Shown here: positions 55,401-64,000 of the stretch, one piece after another
Layout: each line of letters starts with the position of its first letter
Numbering within the stretch: the stretch's first letter is position 1
Assembly: GCA_951406725.2 (NCBI GenBank)
Contig: OX597833.1
Location: 44,764,001 to 44,828,000, forward strand
Length of the DNA stretch: 64,000 nt
Reading direction: 5' to 3'
Source of the DNA: Octopus vulgaris
Taxonomy: Eukaryota
Program-made: the position numbers and the translations under genes
Notes under the pieces: generated by a model
The model's input: only the letters and a program-made list of their open reading frames with translations
Databases searched by the model: none
What the model was told of the DNA's origin: nothing

Positions 55401-58400
55401 AACTAGCAATACCTTGAAAAACTGCATACAGTTGAGTCATTTTCATAACATAATAGTGCAATACTAACCTTTCCAGCAATTTGTCCACTTGTTGCCATTT
55501 GACATAACATGCTCTCAACCATTTTAGCCTTTTCTGGTTTAGCAACTGCAATGGTATTTACTGAAAGAGAAAACAGATGATTGTTTTTTTTTAAAGTGAC
55601 TTTATTCAGAACAGCATGATAGTCATGTGTGTCAAATCTTAATATTCTAAATAGGCCAGCAAAACCATTAAGTAGTTTAGATAAAAAGAAAAAACATGCC
55701 TTGAAAATATATATTTTAGTAGAGGACATGTAATCGTGTTTTGTTTGACATTTAGAATTATTTAATTAAACTCCATTAGCACTTAGCTGAGGTTCTAGTT
55801 TTCCAGACCTGTGAGTGCCAGTGCTACATATGTGTCCATGCCAGCACCATGTAAAAACACCTGTGCCAGTGCCATGGATAAGCATCCATACCGGCACCAT
55901 GTAAAAGCACCCAAAAGTGCCCATGCCAACATTATGTAAAAGCACCAATGCAAGTGCCATGTTAAAAGCACCCAGTTTGCTCCCTAAAGTGGTTGGCATC
56001 AGGAACGGCATCCAACCATAGAAAACATGTCGGAAAAAAAAAAAAACAATGGAACCTTGACTGTTCTCCAATTGGCCAGTTCCTGTCAAACCATCCAACC
56101 CATGCCAGCATGGAGAATGGACATTAAATGATGATTAGTTATAGTCTTAGATATTAGGTTTGTTTACAATACAGGAATTTAGAAACCACAATAGTTATAA
56201 TGTAAATTATTTTTTTAGTGAAACTCAAATTAGATAAAGCTACAAATAACAGCATGTAGACTATTAGCATTAAAAAACCCTGACTTTTTAGAATCCAAAG
56301 GGATTTTAACACAATATTCTGCATGCTACTATTTATATCTATAACTTTACCTACTTCAAGTTCTACCATTAAAAATAATTTACTTTTAAAGATTGTATTA
56401 GCATATTAAGTATGAAACTAATAAGACATCTCTTCCTGAAAGAAGCAGTGAAGGGTATTCTGTTAGCTAAAGTAACATATCAAAAGCACAACATACAGAT
56501 AAACAGAGCAATAAAATAGCCCTGTGTTTATGGTAGCTGTTTTTGGCCAGTTTGATTGTGAAAAACATTAGGCCAGAAAAAAATTCTGAAGAATTTTACC
56601 TGTTGGCTCTTTAGTAGATTATGGGTATAAAGACCAAAGGCATATCAAAGCAGCTACTAAATTACTAAAATTTAATGTTTTAGTTAAAATCATCACTTTA
56701 GGTTTATGAAAGGTGACCAGTCTTTTTCTTTTGTTTTGTTTTTTTTTTCTTCTGGAGGTGCGGAGTAAATAAATTTACTCTATTAAAATGTTAAACTGCC
56801 CTGATGTCAGACATACTTAGCTGATACAAACATTTGGGTATATCGGGTGTACCACAGGGATCTGTCCTTGGTCCCCTCTTGTTTATGGCATACATTAATG
56901 ACATAGATGCCAATTTAAAGAATGCTACAGTATTGAAATATGCAGACGACATCAAGCTGTACCTTGAAATCAAGAGGACAGATCCTGATGTCTACAACTC
57001 TTTCCTGCAATCAGACCTAGACACAATGCAGCAATGGATCACAGACTGGCAACGGAAACTGGCTGTGGACAAGTGTTCCACCATGCATTTTGGGAGAAAA
57101 AACCCTGCGTCCACATACTCCCTCCACAACACTGATATCAAGAAATCCTCTTGCGAGCGTGACCTAGGCATCACTGTCAGTAGTGATTTGCGTTGGACAA
57201 AGCATATCTCTAAAATTGTCAAGAAGGCCGAGGGTGTCTTGGCATCACTCAGCAAGACTTTTGTTAGCCGCTCTCCAGCCATCTATTTAAAACTGTATAC
57301 AGCTATGGTACGACCACACTTGGAATTCGCATCATCAGTTTGGAACCCCTATCTTGCTCAGAACATTGACCTCCTGGAATCGGTCCAGAGACGTGCGACC
57401 AAACGCATACTCTCCATCAGACACCTACCATATTCTGAGCGCCTTGTTTCCCTGGGCATGGATTCACTGAAGCTCCGGCGTCTGGCGACAGACTTGGTAA
57501 ACACCCACAAAGTTATCAACCACCTCACCAACAACAACACTGAACACCTTTTTGATCTCCATGTGTCTAACACACGTGGACATGCCTACAAAGTCAGAAA
57601 ACAACACAGCTCCCATGACTTTTGGAAACATTTTTTCACGCTCAGAGTTGCTAACGCATGGAATAAACTGCCTGCGTCAGTTGTTGACTGCCATGACACT
57701 GCATCCTTTAAGGCCCTCATGCTTTCCGAAATCTGCCGAAACAACACCTGATTATATATACACTTTAGATGAGTTGTAGTGCACCTGAGCACTGTACACA
57801 ATTATTATTATTGTTATTTATTCTCCAAATTCTAAGTACAACTGAAATGTTATAGCTTAGAATTTTTTTCCATCCAAGGAGTCTTTTCACCAATATTTTA
57901 TGGTCAGCTGGTAAAATTGTTAGCACGCTGAGTAAAATGCTTAGCGCCATTTTGTCTGTCTTTACATACTGAGTTCGAATTCTGCCAAGGTCTTTTGGGG
58001 GTCAATAAAATAAATACCTGTTGAGCAGTAGGGTCAATCTACTTAGCCCCTTCCCCAAAATTTCTGGCCATGTGCCAGAATTTGAAGCCCATATTCTACT
58101 CACTATTATTTATAAAAAGTGGGACATGAACCCACATTTTCTGTAAACATGACAGACATCCTAACCATAGTACCAATGCAATCCTTCTAAATAACACCGA
58201 TACATCACAGCTAACACAGGATACAAACATACAAATTAATTACTTCAAAAACCATTGATGGGTCTTTTATCTACTTGGCTATTGTCCATCGTCATTGTTT
58301 AATGTCTGCCTTCCATGCTGGCATGAAAGAATTAAACTGCATAGCTTGAAGTTAATCGAAATCGATCAACATCAATGGAAATTGCAGCTGTGATACCAGT

Positions 58401-60185
58401 GCCGGTGGCACGTAAGCGAACCATCCGAACGTGGACGTTGCCAGCGCCACCCCGACAGGCCCCTGTGCCAGTGGCACGTAAGAAGCACCATCCGATCATG
58501 GCCGTTGCTAGTCTCGCCTGGCCCCCGTGCTGGTGGCATGTAAAAAGCACCATCCGACCGTGGCCGTTTGCCAGCCCCGTCTGGCACCTGTGCCTGTGGC
58601 ACGTAAAAAGCACCCACTACACTCACGGAGTGGTTGGCGTTAGGAAGGGCATCCAGCCGTAGAAACATTGCCAGATCAGACTGGGCCTGGTGCAGCCTTC
58701 TGGCTTCCCAGACCCCAGTTGAACCATCCAACCCATGCTAGCATGGAAAGCGGACGCTAAATGATGATGATGATGATGATGATGATGACACATGCATGTT
58801 ATTGAATATGAAGTTGTGTTCAAATATGAAATTAAACCAGGCTACAGATCCCGTTCACCAAGTATTCAGTTCAATAAGCTCATGGTAACAAATTTTGGTG
58901 GCAGATATAGTCTATTATACTGACTCCAAGACTTCATTACTCTCAAATGATGACACTTGAGTGAGGAGAGACTACTCTCTGATAACCTCTACTCACCCAC
59001 CCTGGCTTTCTTGTCACCATGTTCTTGAAGATATCCCTAGCACATCATCCTCATCATCTCTTTCCTACACACACCACTCTACTCACCCATATATAACTGG
59101 AGTAGCATTGTATCTCCTCATGCCCAAATTATGCTTGCATGGCAGACAGACAGACCCATCTCATCACTTAAGTTCACCTATTCAACCCACCTCGTTATCA
59201 TTACCACCGTGTCCCTGCTCTCCTTTACACTAATCCAACATTACTTTTCCCTTCTATCTTCATTACTCCCATCCCAACATCTCCCCATTTCCATCCTCTC
59301 CCAATAAATTTCTTCAATCAATTATGGGAAGGGAGGGAGGCTCCCTTTTGCTTTGCAGGATTCCAAGATGAAAGGCAGCCTCACAAGTACTGATGCCACA
59401 AAATGCACTCAAGCAGCAACAATGTAGAACCCCAGACGGCTCTTTAGTCTTGCTGGCAGCAAGGCAACCTCTGTAGTGCTAGTGCCACGCAGTGAAGTGG
59501 GTGGGCAGAAACGTTAGCGTGCCAGGCGAAATGCTTAGTGGTATTTCGTCTGCCGCTACGTTCTGAGTTCAAATTCCGCCGAGGTCGACTTTGCCTTTCA
59601 TCCTTTCGGGGTCCCTCTCTCTCTTTCGGAGAGGCACTGAGCAGCTATACGCACACATACACACACGGCAGTAACTTCCACTTACCGAATTCAATCTCAA
59701 AGCTCCGGTCGGCTCGAGGCTATAGTGGAAGACACCTACCCAAAGTGCCACGCAGTGGGACTGAACCCGAAACCATGTAGCTAGGAAGCAAGCTCCCTAA
59801 CCACGATTAAATAAGTACCAGTTACACACTGGGGTCGATGTAATCGACTTAATACCTAAGTCTGTCTTTGTTTGCCCCCTCTATGTTTAGCCCCTTGTGG
59901 GTAATAAAGAAATAGATATTAGGAAGGGCATCCAGCCATTGAAACCAGGCCAAAAATTAAACTTGGAGAAAAATATCTTCCAATCCATCCTACACATGCC
60001 AGCATAGAAAACAGTTATAAAGCATGGTGATGATGATTTTCAATTAAGAATTAAATATGAGGATACATACATCTAGCTCGGGCTGATTGATCTAATACTT
60101 GAGACAATATTGAATTTCTCAGCTCTTCTTGTTGCTGAAGCTTCTGTTCGGTCTCTTCTTTACTACGGTGATTACTGTTGGACAT
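49426..60185 (-). CDS. PDCD5: Programmed cell death protein 5, spliced gene, probably 5'-partial; join complement(60071-60185, 55469-55560, 51642-51713, 49426-49473)
   Basis: [108 protein letters not shown]. The [17 protein letters not shown], KPEK, TTVKFxRR and acidic DDDY end are typical of PDCD5. An acceptor (tgtag) sits just before 60185, so the usual N-terminal helix exon lies upstream; I did not find it in the window. Confidence 0.94.
51642..51713 (-). CDS. PDCD5: PDCD5 exon (72 nt)
   Basis: ttgcag|[24 protein letters not shown]|gtaata. Confidence 0.92.
51822..52051. mobile_element. piggyBac-type MITE family 1
   Basis: TTAA-CCCTTTCGTTAC...GTAACAAAGGAG-TTAA. Confidence 0.85.
52741..52968. 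mobile_element. piggyBac-type MITE family 1, inverted relative to the 51822 copy
   Basis: TTAA-CCCTTTTGTTAC...GTAACAAATGGG-TTAA. Confidence 0.85.
53185..55350 (-). mobile_element. Third SINE-like element (reverse), split by the RTE-group LINE into 53185-53376 and 55229-55350
   Basis: The minus strand reads GTGGCTTAGTGGTTAGGGCATTCGGCTCATGATCGCAAGGTTGTGAGTTCAATTCCC (tRNA-like A/B boxes), then TTGAGCAAGACACTT; the sequence is continuous across the TSD. Confidence 0.7.
53377..55228 (+). mobile_element. 5'-truncated RTE-group (RTE/RTEX/Proto2-like) LINE with 10-bp TSD ACTCATTTTT, inserted into a SINE in a PDCD5 intron
   Basis: ORF 53505..54902 (NYRGISL, DFSKAFDSV, GILQGDTLAPFLF, DFADDIAL, YKYLGS) continues after a frameshift in 54872..55132 (RRVQFAGHC). 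(ATG)n tail; TSD at 53367-53376 and 55229-55238. Confidence 0.93.
55469..55560 (-). CDS. PDCD5: PDCD5 exon (92 nt)
   Basis: tttcag|(L)[30 protein letters not shown]|gttagt. Confidence 0.93.
56836..57820 (+). mobile_element. 5'-truncated CR1/L2-group LINE (RT C-terminal half) with (TTA)n tail
   Basis: ORF 56834..57751: [60 protein letters not shown]; open to its stop, followed by a TTA-repeat tail. Confidence 0.93.
58355..58787 (+). mobile_element. RTE 3'UTR-family copy with hairpin array and (GAT)n tail
   Basis: Close match to 40995-41414. Confidence 0.8.
59500..59913 (+). mobile_element. SINE B interrupted by a reverse SINE-A-like head (about 59614-59804)
   Basis: The SINE B sequence CCTTTCGGGGTC|GATTAAATAAGTACC is split by the insert. 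Confidence 0.75.
60071..60185 (-). CDS. PDCD5: PDCD5 exon (115 nt)
   Basis: tgtag|[38 protein letters not shown](L)|gtatgt. Confidence 0.9.
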
Positions 60186-60239
60186 CTACAATGAAAGTAA
60201 ATTAAATAAATAAATACATATAAATGCATGCATAAGTAC

Positions 60240-60959
60240 ATTACATGGAAAAATGTGAGCATGAAAAGTCATATTCTTAAGATTATAAACCTGGAAAAGT
60301 ACAGGACAAGTTATTACATCTGTAAAAGTATAGGACAAGCTATTACTTCAAGTAAAGTAAAGAATAAGTAACTTTTTACTTAAAATATTGCAGCAAAGAA
60401 TGCCAGTTCTTCTAATTTATCAATCTTTACAGTTCTCATCTTTTAAATTTATTGTACAAAACTGTTCAGCTAATTTATAAGTTTATCTAATTAGTCACTT
60501 TTTTATTATGTATTTAAGGTAGTAAATTAGCCAAATTCTACTTAACCCTTTCATTACCAACCTGGCTGAAACCGGCTCTGGCTCTGAGTACAAAGGTCTT
60601 GTTTTCATAAGTTTTGAATTAAAATCTTCCACCAAACCTTAGTCACAATTTATGTTCCTAACACTAGCTGAATGATAACTAAGTTATTTTACTAAATTCT
60701 TTGTTATAATCAAAGTAATTGAAAGAAACTCAGAGCATCACAAAATAAATACAGTAACAAAAGGGTTAAATAAGTATAAGTGTTATTTGTAAACTATAAT
60801 AAAATAAGTTTTAATATTCAAATTTTAATTTTAGGCGCAATATTCTAAGTAAAAAGTTTCTTATTCTTTACTTTACTTGAAGTAATAGCTTGTGCTATAC
60901 TTTTCCAGGTTTATAATCTTAAGAATATGATTTTTCATACTTGCATTTTTCCATGTAAT
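60240..60959. mobile_element. Foldback/MITE-like element with 125-150 bp inverted arms
   Basis: Arm 60240-60390 (ATTACATGGAAAAATG...TTTTACTTAAAATATTGC) is the reverse complement of 60837-60959. Confidence 0.8.
60542..60769. mobile_element. piggyBac-type MITE family 1 nested in a foldback element
   Basis: TTAA-CCCTTTCATTAC...GTAACAAAAGGG-TTAA. Confidence 0.87.
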
Positions 60960-63900
60960 CCATGATTTTTCCAGGCATTGCTGTTATAAGATAATTAAAA
61001 ATGTGTCAATTGATAATTTAAGATTTTATCCTATAAAATACTGAAAGATAATATTTCAATTTTTTTCATGTTTAATTTAAATATATATGTTGTGAATGAA
61101 TTATTTGATATTACCCATCCACACCGAATTAATGGCAGGGATTTTTACCATGTTCTTAGTTGCATCATGGCTCACCAAAAGTTACAAACAACAATACCCC
61201 CAAACCATCAGTTACCAGGCTCACTTTACGTAACCTAATTTTGCAATATTAGGAAGTCACATTCAACGAAAAAAAAAATGTCCAATGATTCTGGGATTGC
61301 GGGGGGTGGGGGGACCCCCACACCTCATTTTTTCCAAACAAAAATAAGGGATTTGCAGCGTATTAGGAGGTCAGGGTACTTGATTCCATGGTTAGTTTTG
61401 GCATGATTTTTACAGCTTGATGCCCTTCCAAATGCTAACTACTTTACATTGTGGACTGGATGCTATATATGTATCATCATCATCATCATAATAATTTAAC
61501 ATCCATTGCCCATGCTGGCATGGGTTGGACGGTTTGACTGGGCTGGCATGCTGTGTGCTTGTGTGAGGTGTGTATATGAGTATGTTGTTTCTTTGTCTTG
61601 ATGCTGTGTGGTAGTTGTAGTTGAGTGTCACCATTGTTATGCAAGCAATGTCATTCTTTTCAAATTTGCTGCAAAAAACATATCTGGATGTGGGGTAATG
61701 TTACCTTGCTTGAGAAATGAGTGAGGGTGGTGACACGAAGGGCACCTGGCTGTAGAATATCTGCCTCAATAAACCCCATCCAACCCTGGCAATCGTGGAA
61801 AAGTGGATGTTAAATGATGATTATGCACATGTATGTATGTATGTATGTATGTATGCATGTATCCACCATTTCGTCAATCACAGTAGCTTCCAAGCTTCAC
61901 CACTAATTCAGTTCTCAACTAAATTGCAAACTGTTAACAGTTTTAAAGAGGACACCTCCTCAGCTACACTTTGGCATAAATAGTTTTAGACTTGGTTCAG
62001 TAGAAAAAAAAAGTTACATCAAAATACCTGCGACTTCAAGTGGGGTAGTAAGATATCTATTCACCTTCAAATAACATAAACTTTTTAATTTTAAATTTAA
62101 AGTATACCTTTCTTAGGTTTAAATGATAGAAAATGCATGAGGAATTCAGAATAACTAGTCACATTGAACAAAATTTAGAAGAAGAAGAATTATGAGGTAA
62201 AATGATACGAAATTTCATGTCAGTAAGGAAGTAAGAGAGTAATGCTTCAGCTATAAAAATAAAGAATATATTTCTAAAATGAATGTTTACTTTCTAAGGC
62301 AGTGAGCTGGTAGAAACGATAGCGTGCCAGGTGAAATGCTTAACGGTATTTCGTCTGTCTTTACGTTTTTGAGTTCAAATTTCGCTGAGGTCGACTTTGA
62401 TGTACAGATTATTTAATTAATCTTTTTTAACTAAACACTTTCAGACTTCCAATACTGGTAGAATGTGTCACATGGAACAGGGTTTACTCTTAATGTTTTT
62501 GACAAAATTTTGTATTATAGAAGTTATTCCGTCAGAAGTTACAGAATGAAAATGGACAAATTCATGTCTGATAAGTGCCAATACATGAAACTCTCAGCTT
62601 TTAACTTACTCTCTAACTTCTGCCGATGATATATATATATACATATTACATATATGTGTAAAACAATCTCATCACACAATTGAACCAATGAAAGAGCCTC
62701 TACCTGGCCGCTCGACACGCTAAAAATAGCAGCCAAAGTATCCCCCTACCTAAATCACACGCCCATTGTATGTAATGTCTTAGATTATCCTTAAAAAGAC
62801 AGTTTGCTGAAGGGTGGAATATCTTTGATGATATGTTTGCAGTATCAGTGTTTATTTGAGGCTAAATAACAACATTATAGTCAATTTCTATATTGACACC
62901 CACACAATTTTCACTAAAAAAAAAAAATGATTTTTTGCCGGTGCTAGTGCCACGTAAAAAGCACTGGGTCCACTCTGCAGAGTGGTTGGTGTTAAGCAGG
63001 ACATCCAGCCGTAAAAACCCTACCAAAACAGATACAATAGCATAGGGTAGTTTTTCTACCTGGTCATATCCTGTGAGCTGTCCTACTCATGCTTGCGTGG
63101 AAGATGGATGTTAAATGATTATGATGATGATACATACATACATAAACACACAACAGGCTTCGTCTGGTTGCCATCTGCTAAATCCACCGAGGCTAGCAAA
63201 CGGCCAGGATCGTAAAAAGCACCATCCGATCGTGGTCGTTTGCCAGCCTCGTCTGGCACCTGTGCAGGTGACACATAAAAAGCACCCACTACACTCTCGG
63301 AGTGGTTGGCGTTAGGAAAGGAATCCAGCTGTAGAAACACTGCCAGATCAGACTGGGCCTGGCGCAGCCTTCTGGCTTCCCAGACCCCAGTTGAACCATC
63401 CAACCCATGCTAGCATGGAAAATGGACGTCAAACGATGATGATAAAAGCTTTGGTTGGGTTGGGACTTAGTGCAAGGCACTTGTCAAAGGTGCCTCTGGA
63501 CCCAAAACCATGTTATTGAGAAGCAAACTTCATAACCACACAGCTACAGCTGTGCTTTTATATACACATGTATGTATGCGCATATGTATACATGTATATT
63601 TATGAAACTATAACTAAGTGAAGCATTATTCAATTACTTATTTATATATACTTTACTAACATTTACAGCAAATGCACAACAATAAAGCAACAGTGAATTT
63701 AGAAATAAAGCCTATGACTATTTCTATTTATAAATTATGACTTATGAACAGAGGGCAGTAGTGAAACATAAGGTTCTGCATTCATAATCCTGACAAGCCA
63801 CACGTCATTTTACTTGTGTCTACTATTTCCAAGCTTCTTATGAGTTGCACAAAGAATTTGTTTTGCCCCTTTAATTAACATGGTATTTTTAAAAAATTCC

Positions 63901-64000
63901 CAAACATGCCTGTGTGGTTAAGAAGCATGCTTTGCAATCACATGGTTTGAAGTTCAGTTCCATAATGTGACATTTTGGACAAGTGTCTTTTACTATAGCT

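Noticed and set aside
60183-60185. ATG at 60185 as the PDCD5 start codon
   Set aside because: It directly follows a TAG acceptor with a pyrimidine-rich tract, and the conserved N-terminal helix of PDCD5 is missing. It is more likely an internal Met, with exon 1 beyond the window.
410-63480. Dozens of 60-135 aa ORFs with recurring peptides ([51 protein letters not shown])
   Set aside because: They are translations of SINE and RTE-3'UTR copies in various frames, not a protein family.

Overview
Eukaryotic, AT-rich, repeat-dense genomic DNA. The SINE content and gene style suggest a mollusc, probably an octopus (inference). There is no prokaryotic-type system here. Three spliced genes can be rebuilt by hand with GT-AG introns and consistent phases. 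(1) UBE2C on the - strand: 5 coding exons at 4357-18374, 175 aa, including a 28-nt microexon. (2) A CCDC90B/MCUR1-family mitochondrial coiled-coil gene on the + strand: 7 exons at 18713-48922, about 231 aa. It is head-to-head with UBE2C across only 338 bp that carry three CCAAT boxes plus CHR-, E2F- and ETS-type motifs. (3) PDCD5 on the - strand: 4 exons at 49426-60185, first exon probably outside the window, tail-to-tail with CCDC90B (stops about 500 bp apart). The introns hold two tRNA-derived SINE families, 3' ends of an RTE LINE carrying hairpin arrays, four LINE reverse-transcriptase fragments, and piggyBac-, Merlin-, hAT- and Tc1/mariner-type MITEs, many with readable target-site duplications (TSDs). 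There are also Penelope-like repeats with degenerate hammerhead motifs and several near-perfect inverted repeats. Nearly all ORF-track entries are incidental readings of these repeats.
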